Source of the DNA: Planctomycetota bacterium
GTDB lineage: Bacteria; Planctomycetota; B15-G4
Assembly (NCBI GenBank): GCA_965248575.1
Contig: CBDFJQ010000002.1
Coordinates: 1,280,001-1,344,000, forward strand
Direction of reading: 5' to 3'
Length of the DNA: 64,000 bases
Under the pieces are notes generated by a model. The model was given only the letters and a program-made list of their open reading frames with translations. It made no database searches and was not told the origin of the DNA. The first letter of the stretch is position 1. Every line of letters starts with the position of its first letter. Position numbers and translations under genes: made by a program. This document shows, piece by piece, positions 1-11,083 of the stretch.

Positions 1-558
1 GATCTCCGTGCGGCCCTCAGCCAGGACGGCGGCCGTGAGCATCTGGGCCGTTGCCAGCACGCTGCTCCCCGCCCGGGATCCCAGATAGACCGACGCTCCT
101 CGCAGGCGGCCGCCCGCCTCGCTCACCAGGTAGCCACCTTCGACCCGGATCCCGGCCCCCAGGGCGTTCAAGCCCTTGACGTGCAGATCGACCGGCCGCA
201 CGCCGAAGACACAGCCCCCGGGCATGCTGACCCGGGCAGCCCCTCGCCGGGCAATCAACGGCCCAAGCACGCAGACCGACGCCCGCATGGTCGAGACCAG
301 GTCGTAGGGCGCCTCGATCGGCCCCTCGTCCTGTGCCTGCAGCTCCAGGCGATCCCCCTCGTGGCTCACCTCGACCCCCAGCCCAGCCAGGATGCGGGCC
401 ATGGTCTCCACGTCCCTAAGACGTGGCACGTGGGTCAGGACCAACGGCTGCTTGGTGAGCAAACAGGCCGCCATGAGCGGCAGAACCGCGTTTTTGGAGC
501 CAGCCGCCTCGAGGCTTCCCTCTAGGCGGGCGCCACCGACCACTCTCAGCTGATCCAA
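1..558 (-). CDS. murA: UDP-N-acetylglucosamine 1-carboxyvinyltransferase, N-terminal part (runs off the window)
   Basis: Not in the ORF track; translated by hand from TTG at 558 (GGAGGG upstream): MDQLRVVGGARLEGSLEAAGSKNAVLPL...APYDLVSTMRASVCVLGPL...PGGCVFGVRPVDLH. Contains the KNA, MRAS and GGC..G.RP MurA motifs. Confidence 0.95.
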   Translation of the reverse strand, partial: MDQLRVVGGARLEGSLEAAGSKNAVLPLMAACLLTKQPLVLTHVPRLRDVETMARILAGLGVEVSHEGDRLELQAQDEGPIEAPYDLVSTMRASVCVLGPLIARRGAARVSMPGGCVFGVRPVDLHVKGLNALGAGIRVEGGYLVSEAGGRLRGASVYLGSRAGSSVLATAQMLTAAVLAEGRTEI

Positions 559-601
559 GGCATCCCTCCGGAAGACCGCCAAAGAGCAAGTCCGGAGCTG
601 C

Positions 602-629
602 TTGACTCGAAGGGCGACACCTTTAACAT
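602..629 (+). promoter_or_regulatory. putative sigma-70 promoter for the TPR-alphaCTD/ruvA operon
   Basis: TTGACT (602-607), 16-bp spacer, TAACAT (624-629), in the divergent murA intergenic region. Confidence 0.55.
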
Positions 630-862
630 TGGCGGATTCGACACACAGTCTCAAACATTCCTGTATCCACAACCCACCAGGAGGGCGGCAGCGAGGGCGC
701 GAGGTTAGGGCAAGCAGGGACAGGGTGCAACGCAACGCGGCACCCAACGAGGACGTCGAGGGCGACCAGAGATCCGGTCAGCGCCCGCTGCGAGACTCCC
801 GTCCCGAGCCCCCATCCCCCGGCTCCCGCCCGATCCTCCACGGCCCCGAGCTACCACTACGC

Positions 863-2446
863 ATGACCAACGAGACGACGAACGTGCCCGCGGATTCCAC
901 CGAAGAGCCGCAGAGCCCGATGCCCACGTCTGACTCCGGAGTGCCACCCACTGCCGACGATGCGAACGCCGAACCCCTCGACATGGGGGTCACGACGGAA
1001 GTGCACGATGGAGAGGAGGGTGTCGCAGCAGAGATGAACGAGCTCGAAGAATTCGAAGAAGTTGAACTCACGGAAGAGCAGCTCGCCGCGGAAGCTGAAG
1101 CGCTCGCCGCCGCGGACGCCGCCGAAGCCGCAGCGGCCGCAGAGGCCGAGGCGCTCGAGATGGCTTCACGCAATTGGTTCGGCACCCTGCCTTCCGACTG
1201 GGAGAGCTGGTGTTTCTTCCGCGACCAGGTCAACGAGACGCTTCGCGTGCGCGAGAGTTTCCTGAACTGGCTCTCGAACAACTTCGACGAGACGGCCGAT
1301 GCCTACAAGCTGGGCCTCGGGCGCAGTGCAGCCGGACAGTTGTCCCGCGCCATCCCGTTGCTCGCCGGGGAGAACACGCCCTTCGCCAAGTTGCTCACGG
1401 GCACGGCGCAGATGAACCTGGGACAGCACGAGGAAGCCGTCGCGACGCTCTCGTCCATCAACGATGCGTCGGAGATCGGTGCGCGTGCGCGCATCGCGCT
1501 CGTGGATCACGCCTTCTCCACCCGAAACGCCGAGGCTCTGCAGAGCGCAGCGCTGGCCGTGAAGAAGGCCGGCGATGCCCCGGCACACCAAGCTTTCGCA
1601 GAGGGTGCCTTGCTGGAAGCCGACGGCGAGCATCAGGCAGCTATCGACGCCTGGGCCCGTGCGGTGGAAGCCGACCCCAAGCACGCCGAGGCCACCTTCC
1701 GGCTCGCAGAGCTGCTCGACCTCTACGGCGACGACGAAAACGCCCAGGAGCTGTACGACCGGTTCCGCAATGGTGAGTTGCCGCCGCAGGTCGGCGCACT
1801 CATGAACCTCGGAACCATGCACGAGGACAACCAGAACCACCCCTGGGCCACGAGCTGCTTCCAGATGGTGGTCAACGCAGACCCGGAGAACGAGCGGGCC
1901 CGCCACTACCTGTCCAACGCCCGCGCCTCGAGCATCCAGTACTACGACGAAGGTCGCGAACGCAGCGCCGACAAGCAGAACGCCGTCATGCGCATCCCCG
2001 TGACCGACTTCGAGTTGTCCGTGCGCGCCCGCAACTGCCTGCAGCGCATGGCGATCCACACCCTCGGCGACCTGGTGTCCCGCACCGAGAGCGAGCTGCT
2101 GTCGTTCAAGAACTTCGGCGAGACCAGCCTGCAGGAAGTGAAGGACATCCTGGTCATGAAGGGCCTTCGCCTGGGAATGATGCCCACCATGGAAGTCGGC
2201 CCAGCTGCATCGGCCGCAACGGCGGGCCCGGTCGCGGGAACAGGCGACGTGATGGAGATCCTCATCTCCGAGCTGGACCTTTCGGTGCGCTCCCGCGCCG
2301 CCTTGGCCATGCTGGGCATCGTGCGCGTGCGTGATCTCACGTCCGCCAATGAGACCACGCTGATGAGCTGCAAGAACTTCGGACAGACGTCCTTGGACGA
2401 GATCCGCAGCAAGCTGCGCAACCTGGGCCTCGAGCTGGCGAAGTGA
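863..2446 (+). CDS. TPR protein with two tandem RNA polymerase alpha-subunit C-terminal domains
   Basis: Acidic N-terminus, TPR-like helices, then two alpha-CTD motifs: ELSVRARNCL...KNFGETSLQEVK and DLSVRSRAAL...KNFGQTSLDEIR. There is no alpha-NTD, so this is not rpoA. Start at ATG 863 is a judgement call. Confidence 0.9.
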   Translation: MTNETTNVPADSTEEPQSPMPTSDSGVPPTADDANAEPLDMGVTTEVHDGEEGVAAEMNELEEFEEVELTEEQLAAEAEALAAADAAEAAAAAEAEALEMASRNWFGTLPSDWESWCFFRDQVNETLRVRESFLNWLSNNFDETADAYKLGLGRSAAGQLSRAIPLLAGENTPFAKLLTGTAQMNLGQHEEAVATLSSINDASEIGARARIALVDHAFSTRNAEALQSAALAVKKAGDAPAHQAFAEGALLEADGEHQAAIDAWARAVEADPKHAEATFRLAELLDLYGDDENAQELYDRFRNGELPPQVGALMNLGTMHEDNQNHPWATSCFQMVVNADPENERARHYLSNARASSIQYYDEGRERSADKQNAVMRIPVTDFELSVRARNCLQRMAIHTLGDLVSRTESELLSFKNFGETSLQEVKDILVMKGLRLGMMPTMEVGPAASAATAGPVAGTGDVMEILISELDLSVRSRAALAMLGIVRVRDLTSANETTLMSCKNFGQTSLDEIRSKLRNLGLELAK

Positions 2447-2995
2447 TGTACGAGTACCTCTCGGGTCGCTTGGTTCATCGAGGGCCCGATGAGGTGGTGC
2501 TGGATCTCGCGGGCGTGGGCTGGCGGCTGCTCGTCTCGGGCGCCACAGCCTCACGACTGCCCGAGCTGGGTGACTCGGTGACGCTCTTCACCCACCAGGC
2601 CGTGCGCGATGAACGCCCCATTCTCTACGGCTTCGCCAGCCGCGAAGAACGGGGCCTGTTCGAGAAGCTGCTCACGGTCAGCAAGATCGGCCCAGCGATC
2701 GCGCTGGCCCTGCTCTCGGCCATGGAGCCTGCTCGGCTCGCCGCGGCCGTGGATCAAGGTGATGTCGGCCTGCTCTCCATGGTCAAGGGCGTGGGCAAGC
2801 GGACGGCGGAGCGCCTGTGCGTCGAACTGAAAGACCGGCTCCAGGTCGTGGGTTCCTTGCCCGGCGTGGTGACGGACCGGGGCGCCTCGGTCAGCTCTGC
2901 CTTGGTGGCCCTGGGCTATCCCCGCTCCGCGGCGGCAGCCGCTGCGGTGGCCGCCACGAGCGACGCACCGAAGGACACGCCGCTCGAAGAGCTCG

Positions 2996-4795
<1,800 letters not shown>

Positions 4796-4996
4796 GTTCC
4801 CAGCCACGGTCCCTGCCACGTTGCGTTTCTCGAGCTCTCATCCAGGCACCCGTCATCCAGCCGCCGGGCGCCGACCAAAGGCCACGAACCATCAGGCCGG
4901 TTGCCCGGACAGCCCGGGCAGAGCCCAGTCTGACAAATGGAGGATTCCAAGGGTGGCTGGAGTCGCCCCACTGCTTCGGTCATCCTGGGAGGCCTC

Positions 4997-6112
4997 ATGA
5001 CCGGTTCCCCATCCAGCCCGCCCCCTCCCGATCCTCCGGCCGCTCAACCGGAGCCCTCCGTTGGCTCCCCCCGAGCCGCTTCGGGTCGCCGAGCCTCGGA
5101 TTCCTGCTCGGAGCACGACGCACCGGTCCTCTGCGTGGAGAGCTTGCTGCTGCAAGTCGGGGCGCGCACCTTGGTCCGGGATTTGAGCTTCCGTCTCGCG
5201 GCGGGAGAGCGGCTCGTCATCGTCGGCGGGAACGGCGCCGGGAAGTCCACCTTGCTGTCCGTGCTGGCAGGTCTCACGAAGCCCACCGGCGGTCTCGTCC
5301 AGAGGCCATCCTCCCCGCCCGGCGTCCTGTTCCAGGACGGCGGCCTCTGGCCACACATGACCGTCAACGAACACCTGGAATTCGTGGACACTCAACACGA
5401 CACGGTTTGGCGCAGCCGCCTGCTGGACACCTTCCGACTGAAGGACCTCATCAGCCACAGACCGGAGGCCCTGAGCGGCGGTGAACGTCTGCGACTGGGG
5501 TTGGCCCGGGCCCTGGCCAATCGACCCAGCTGGATCCTGCTGGACGAGCCCCTGGCCCACCTCGACCCCCAAGTGGTCGCCATCGTGCGCGAGAGCCTGC
5601 CCATGCTGATCGAGGAGATCGGTGCGGCCTCCCTGGTGGTCACCCACAACCCGGATGACGTGCTGCACTTCGGCGAACGCCTGTTGTCTCTTTCGGGCAA
5701 TGGCCCCACCTGGCTGGGCCCCGCGCGCTTCGCTCTCGACTCACCGCCAACCCGCGGGCTCGCGGCCTTCGCAGAGCGGGGCACCTTGCTGACAGCCCTC
5801 TCGGACAGCCAAGGTCGTGCAGACTTCGGTCTCGGTCTCGCTGCCGATGGTTGCCCGCCCCGCGAACAGATCACCGCGTACCTGGACACGGCTGCAGTGC
5901 GCCTCACGGACAGCGCGTCGTCGATCCAGGGAACCTACGTGGCGCCCGACCGTCGCGGCGGCAGCTGGGTGCGTGTCGAAGGCCGCTTGCTGCGCTGCTC
6001 CGATATCGGTGGAAGCCTGCACGCAGGCCAACACGTGCGCGTCCACATCGAAGGCCGTGTGCGCCCACTCTACGATGAAGAGCACGCACCCTCCTCGGCG
6101 CCCGTTTCCTGA
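4997..6112 (+). CDS. ABC transporter ATP-binding protein with a C-terminal extension
   Basis: Walker A GGNGAGKS, signature LSGGE, Walker B ILLDE, H-loop VTH. GGAGG precedes ATG 4997. Confidence 0.88.
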   Translation: MTGSPSSPPPPDPPAAQPEPSVGSPRAASGRRASDSCSEHDAPVLCVESLLLQVGARTLVRDLSFRLAAGERLVIVGGNGAGKSTLLSVLAGLTKPTGGLVQRPSSPPGVLFQDGGLWPHMTVNEHLEFVDTQHDTVWRSRLLDTFRLKDLISHRPEALSGGERLRLGLARALANRPSWILLDEPLAHLDPQVVAIVRESLPMLIEEIGAASLVVTHNPDDVLHFGERLLSLSGNGPTWLGPARFALDSPPTRGLAAFAERGTLLTALSDSQGRADFGLGLAADGCPPREQITAYLDTAAVRLTDSASSIQGTYVAPDRRGGSWVRVEGRLLRCSDIGGSLHAGQHVRVHIEGRVRPLYDEEHAPSSAPVS

Positions 6113-7176
6113 TGGCCCGCCGCGTCATCGCCGTGTCCTTGCTGCTGGTGCTGACAGCCATTATCTGGTTGGCTCCCGATGACCAAGCCCGCGAGGGCTC
6201 CGCCGGAAACGCGCAGGGCGATCCAGGGCAGCAAGGCAGCGCACTGACCGGCGCGCCCAGCTCCTGCCTCCCGTGCCACCGGGAGGTCGTGGACGAGTGG
6301 CAACTCTCCATGCACTCCCAGGCCTTCACCGACCCGCAGGTGCGAGCTCCCGATCAGTCGGACAACTTCCGGCAGACCGAGTGCATCCCGTGTCACGCGC
6401 CCCGCCCCGTGTTCGAGTACGGCATCCAGGACGAAACGCGTGTGGTCGCCCGGGTTCAACGGCGGCACGACGGTGTGGATTGCCTCTCCTGCCACGGGCT
6501 CGCCGACGGGCAGGTGGCGTCCACGCGGCCCGGCCTCACGGGGGCTTGCCAACCCACGCTGAAAGCCGAGCTGTCGACCCAAGCGCTGTGTGCTCCCTGC
6601 CACAACCAACACGACCTGCACGATGAGTGGCGCGCCTCCCCTGCCTACGAGGCGGGCACGGCCTGCAATGACTGCCACATGCCACGGGTCCGAAGGGAAG
6701 GTCCGGAGGCCGGGGCGCCCCGCAGCGGACGCAGCCACCGTTTCCTGGGCGGTCGGGACGATCAGTTCGCCGTGGCGGGGTTGCGCCTGGGGCACGAACT
6801 GAGAGGCCGGTTGCTGCGGGTGAGCCTCGAGAACACCTTCGCTGGCCACAACCTCCCGAGTGACTCACGCAACCGGGCACTCGACCTCGTGGTCACCCTG
6901 TTCGATGCCCGCGGTGCCCCGCTGCCGTCCCTGGAAGGGGTGGGAGTGCGCCACCCGGGCGGCGAGAGCGGCACGGCCCGCCTTCGCTTCCGGAACCCCT
7001 ACCGCAGTTCTGGCGAAGCCAGCACCCAACTACCAGCCGGCGAGACCGCCAGCCTCGATCTGCCGCTGCCGGAGCAGGCCGCGCGGGCACGCATCGAAGT
7101 CTTCTACAAACTGCAGCCCTGGCTGAGTGACCTGGAAGCCCACTGGTCCCATGGAATGGATGTGCTGCTCCCCTGA
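6112..7176 (+). CDS. membrane-anchored or exported pentaheme c-type cytochrome (c554-like domain)
   Basis: N-terminal hydrophobic helix, five CxxCH motifs (CLPCH, CIPCH, CLSCH, CAPCH, CNDCH), EW..S.H and GH.LP motifs typical of this family. Confidence 0.88.
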   Translation: MARRVIAVSLLLVLTAIIWLAPDDQAREGSAGNAQGDPGQQGSALTGAPSSCLPCHREVVDEWQLSMHSQAFTDPQVRAPDQSDNFRQTECIPCHAPRPVFEYGIQDETRVVARVQRRHDGVDCLSCHGLADGQVASTRPGLTGACQPTLKAELSTQALCAPCHNQHDLHDEWRASPAYEAGTACNDCHMPRVRREGPEAGAPRSGRSHRFLGGRDDQFAVAGLRLGHELRGRLLRVSLENTFAGHNLPSDSRNRALDLVVTLFDARGAPLPSLEGVGVRHPGGESGTARLRFRNPYRSSGEASTQLPAGETASLDLPLPEQAARARIEVFYKLQPWLSDLEAHWSHGMDVLLP

Positions 7177-7260
7177 GGGGACCGGTGCCTGGCGCTTCAG
7201 CGGCACGCTCAAGGCGCGTGAGGCTGCGCCCGGCTGGCCGCTCCCCTACGGGCTGGCTTG

Positions 7261-8454
7261 CTACCCCACCACCCCTCGCAGGAGGACATCGTCTCCGCAA
7301 GGCAGAGTGCGCACGTACTGCAGTCGCAGCTTTTCCGAGATCTCGCCCACGACTGCCCGCTGCTCGGCGGAGCCGGGCTGGCACTGCCCCAGACCTGGGA
7401 GCTCCCAGCTTTCCAGTGCGGCGAGCGCGCCAGGGCCGAGCACCGTCCTGCTCAAGAACACCGCCACCTGATCCACGAGCCCGGCTTGGAAGAAGCGCTC
7501 GAGGGTCTGGGCGCCGCCTTCCACCATGAGCCGCTTCACGCCTTGCAGCCACAGGCACTCGAGCACGGCCTCGGTCCAGTCCGTGCCATAGGCGGGACCG
7601 CCGGGCACCCGGAAGACCCGAGCTCCCTCCTCCTCAATGAGCTCCAACGCCTGGCTCTCCACGGCATCCGTAGCCATGAGCCATGTGGGCACTTCGCCGG
7701 ACGACGTCAGCAGGGCGCAGCCCGGGGGCGTGCGCAGCGAGCGGTCCAGGACGATCCGTCGCAGAGGCCGCGTCGGCTGCAAGGAACCCCGCGCCGTGAG
7801 CAGCGGATCGTCAGCGAGTACGGTGCCCACGCCCACCAGGACGCCGTCGAGGGCTGCACGCCAGTCATGGACAAGCGCTTGGGCCTGACGACCCGTGAGC
7901 TGCCGCCGACTCCGATCAGCGGGAGCCAGTGCGCCCTCGGCCGAGAGCGCCCACTTGGCGAAAACGTGCGGTCGCCGAAGCTCCAGGCCAGCCACGAAGG
8001 GGGCGATCAGCTCCCGGCTTTCCGGGCTGTTGGCCAACACGACCGAAACCCCCGCCTGGCGCAACACATCGAGCCCGTGGCCGCTGTGCCCCGGGGCCGG
8101 ATCCACGCACCCGACCACCAGCCGGGCGATACCCGCCGCGAGCAAGGCTTCCGTGCAGGCTGCGGTCTTCCCAGCGGTCGAACACGGTTCCAGGGTCACG
8201 CACATCGTGCCCCCCCGTGCGCGTCCACCCGCCGCTGCCAGGGCGTTCACTTCCGCGTGGGGGCCACCGAATCGCTCGTGCCAGCCCTCTCCCAACACCT
8301 CGACAGTGTGTTCAGAGTGGCCGTCGGCGGCCGATAACACCACCGCACCCACGATCGGGTTCGGTTCCACATCGCCGCGCCCGTTCCGGGCCAGGGTCTC
8401 TGCCCGTTGCAGCGCCTCACGTTCGGCCGAGGTCAGCTCTGTCAGGGAACTCAC
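7261..8454 (-). CDS. ribD: bifunctional riboflavin biosynthesis deaminase/reductase RibD
   Basis: PNPIVGAV, HAEVNAL, TLEPC...C zinc site, GVGTVLADDPLLTAR, VEGG. Confidence 0.95.
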   Translation of the reverse strand: MSSLTELTSAEREALQRAETLARNGRGDVEPNPIVGAVVLSAADGHSEHTVEVLGEGWHERFGGPHAEVNALAAAGGRARGGTMCVTLEPCSTAGKTAACTEALLAAGIARLVVGCVDPAPGHSGHGLDVLRQAGVSVVLANSPESRELIAPFVAGLELRRPHVFAKWALSAEGALAPADRSRRQLTGRQAQALVHDWRAALDGVLVGVGTVLADDPLLTARGSLQPTRPLRRIVLDRSLRTPPGCALLTSSGEVPTWLMATDAVESQALELIEEEGARVFRVPGGPAYGTDWTEAVLECLWLQGVKRLMVEGGAQTLERFFQAGLVDQVAVFLSRTVLGPGALAALESWELPGLGQCQPGSAEQRAVVGEISEKLRLQYVRTLPCGDDVLLRGVVG

Positions 8455-8479
8455 GGCAGCACGCGCTCCAAGCCGGAGT

Positions 8480-9856
8480 TCACGCTCCCGCGACGGGAGC
8501 CGACTTCATTCGGCGCCCAGACAAGGTCAGCGCCGTCGACTCGAGCACCTCGACATCCACGAAGGTGTCCGCCCACCCGGGTTCTCCGGAGAAGACAATG
8601 CGGTCGAAGGCGAGGTTGCGTCCAAAGAGCATGTTGGGGTCGCGACGACTCGCGCCCTCCACCAGCACTTCGTGTCGACTGCCGATCAAGCGGCGGTGTC
8701 GCTCTTCTTGGATGGTCGTCTGCAAGGCCTGCACCTCAGCGAAGCGGGCACGCTTCAGCTTGTCAGGCACATCGTCCTCGAGCCTCCCCCACGCGGGTGT
8801 CCCCGGGCGCGGGGAGTAGCGGAAGATGAAGGCTTGGCTGAAACGCACCTCGTGGACCATGCGCATCGTCGCCGCAAAGTCATCGTCCGTCTCACCGGGG
8901 AAGCCGATGATCAGGTCTGCACCGATCTGCACGCCGGGGATGCGCTGCTTCAGCTCTCGGGCGATGTCCAGGTATCGTTCGGAGGTGTAGCCACGAGCCA
9001 TGCGGCGCAGGACACTGTCGCTCCCCGATTGGGGCGGGAGGTGGAGGAACAGACCGGCCTTGCGGCAAGCTGCCATGGCGTCGATGAGCCGATCGTCCAT
9101 CTCTTCGGGATGGCTCGTGATGAACCGCACGCGGCGGAGACCGTCCAGGGCTTCCAGCTGCTCGAGCAGGTCACCGAGCGAACGCCCTTCGGCGCGTCCC
9201 CAGGCATTGACGGTCTGGCCCAGGAGCGTGACTTCCACGACGCCGTCGTCCACGAGCCGCCGCACTTCGTCGAGGATCTCGGCCATGGGCCGGCTCACTT
9301 CGAAGCCGCGCGTGTTCGGCACCACACAGTAGGTGCAGCGCTTGTCACAACCGCGCATGACCGTCACGAACGCCCGGCTGCGGCTAGGGCGTGCTTCGAT
9401 ATCGCGCTCTTCATTGACCTGTGGACTCCCGTCCACCGCCACGATTCGCGACTGGTCGGCGCGCACCTCGTCGAGCACTTGGGCAACTTGGGGAAAGTCG
9501 CGCGTCCCCACCACGAAGTCGAGGGCTGGCCAACGGCGAAGCAGCTCCTGACCTTCGCGCGAGGCCATGCACCCCAGGACCCCCACCGCCAGTCCGGGTC
9601 GTTCCTTCTTCGCCAAGGCCAGTTCGCCGAGATGGCTGTGCACCCGGTTCTCGGATTGGTCGCGAATGCTGCAGGTCACGAGCAGCACGGCGTCGGCCTC
9701 TTCGTCTCGATCCGTGAAGTCGTAGCCGGAGCGCTTCAGGGCGCCCACAACGAGCTCGGCGTCGAGCTTGTTCATCTGGCAACCGAAGACCTCAAGCAGG
9801 ACTTTCGGCCCCCCGGTGTGACCCAGGGGTGGTGGAGAGAGGACGGCGTCGTTCAT
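8480..9856 (-). CDS. miaB: tRNA-2-methylthio-N6-dimethylallyladenosine synthase MiaB
   Basis: FGCQMN, TCSIR, GCMA, radical SAM motif CDKRCTYC, IIGFPGET, YSPRPGT, C-terminal TRAM-like domain. Confidence 0.95.
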   Translation of the reverse strand: MNDAVLSPPPLGHTGGPKVLLEVFGCQMNKLDAELVVGALKRSGYDFTDRDEEADAVLLVTCSIRDQSENRVHSHLGELALAKKERPGLAVGVLGCMASREGQELLRRWPALDFVVGTRDFPQVAQVLDEVRADQSRIVAVDGSPQVNEERDIEARPSRSRAFVTVMRGCDKRCTYCVVPNTRGFEVSRPMAEILDEVRRLVDDGVVEVTLLGQTVNAWGRAEGRSLGDLLEQLEALDGLRRVRFITSHPEEMDDRLIDAMAACRKAGLFLHLPPQSGSDSVLRRMARGYTSERYLDIARELKQRIPGVQIGADLIIGFPGETDDDFAATMRMVHEVRFSQAFIFRYSPRPGTPAWGRLEDDVPDKLKRARFAEVQALQTTIQEERHRRLIGSRHEVLVEGASRRDPNMLFGRNLAFDRIVFSGEPGWADTFVDVEVLESTALTLSGRRMKSAPVAGA

Positions 9857-9982
9857 GGCGCGGCATTGTAGTGGACTCCCCCGGCCGACGCCCCCTCCAA
9901 GGCACTGCAGCCACATCTCGCACGCCTCCCCGTTCTGCACCCCCCAGAACGAGGCCTAGGGCCGCAGCATCAAGCAGCTACC

Positions 9983-11083
9983 ATGAGCCTGCGTATGCAC
10001 TCCACCACCGCCTTGCTGCGACCCACTGCCCTCCTTGAACTGCTCGTGCCTGCAAAACCTCCCCAGTGCGCTCCTCTCTCGGCCGCTCTCCTCTCGGCCG
10101 CTCTGCTCCTAACCGGTGTCCTGAGCTGGGGCTGCTCGCCGGGAACAGACTCCGGCAACCCGGCAGAGGGTGAGCGTCCGACCTCGCGCGCCCAGACGCC
10201 CGGCCAAGCCGACGACGATGCCAGCTTCGAGGAGCTGCGCAACGAAGCCTTCCGCATGCATGAAGCCCAGGAGGAACCTGGCCGGGTGCTGGAGGCCCTG
10301 CTCGCAGCCCACGCCCTCGACCCGGACGCCTACGGAGTCAACCGTCGACTCGGCCAGACCTACGCGGACATCAAGCTGAATCTCGAGGCCCTCAAGCACT
10401 ACCGACTGGCGCGAATCGCCAAGCCGGAGGCGATGCAGGATGGCTTGGCGGTCGTCCGCCTGGCCCTTGCCCAAGGCCTGCACGAGGAAGCCCTGTCCGA
10501 GCTCGAGCCGCTGCTCAAGCATGAGGCCACGCGCGGTGAGGCGCTGTACCACCAAGCGGGGCTCCTGGACTTCCAGGGGGATCGCCCCGGCGCGTTGAGC
10601 GTCGCGCGGTTGGCCTCGGCCCTCGGCCCCGATCAGGCCTATCACGCCATCTCGCTGCACGGCCGCTTCACGCTGGAAGCGGGCGACTTCGCCCAAGCCG
10701 AAGCCCTCTTCCGCACGGCTCTCGCCGGCCGGCCCGATTACAAGGAGGCCCTGCGCGGCATGGCGGATGCCTGTCGACGGCAGCAGCGGCCAGAAGAAGC
10801 CGCACGCTGGGATCGCGTGCTCGGGCTCTTCCTCGACCTCACGGACAATGTGTTCATCCGCAAGCGGCCCGAGGAGCGGCGCAGGACGCTGCAAGCGCTC
10901 GTGGCTGAATACCCCGCATGGACGCCCGCTTTCGCGCAGTTGGCACTCCTGCTGCGTCGAGAGGGGGATCGCGCCGGTGCTTGTCAGGTGATCGAGACCT
11001 TCCTCGACGAGCACGCCCCGCTCGTGGGGCCAGCGGAAGCTGCGGCGCTACGCGACCGTTTCTGTACGGGGATCGACCCATGA
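9983..11083 (+). CDS. TPR-repeat protein, probable lipoprotein
   Basis: Hydrophobic stretch ending LSWGC, followed by repeated TPR-like helices. Start codon uncertain. Confidence 0.75.
   Translation: MSLRMHSTTALLRPTALLELLVPAKPPQCAPLSAALLSAALLLTGVLSWGCSPGTDSGNPAEGERPTSRAQTPGQADDDASFEELRNEAFRMHEAQEEPGRVLEALLAAHALDPDAYGVNRRLGQTYADIKLNLEALKHYRLARIAKPEAMQDGLAVVRLALAQGLHEEALSELEPLLKHEATRGEALYHQAGLLDFQGDRPGALSVARLASALGPDQAYHAISLHGRFTLEAGDFAQAEALFRTALAGRPDYKEALRGMADACRRQQRPEEAARWDRVLGLFLDLTDNVFIRKRPEERRRTLQALVAEYPAWTPAFAQLALLLRREGDRAGACQVIETFLDEHAPLVGPAEAAALRDRFCTGIDP

Noticed and set aside
631..645. GGATTCGAC resembling the tmRNA 5' end
   Set aside because: No GGGG acceptor start, no tag reading frame and no matching T-arm/CCA 3' end.
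863..2446. Calling this gene rpoA
   Set aside because: It has only alpha-CTD repeats with no N-terminal assembly domain, and it is not in the ribosomal protein operon context.
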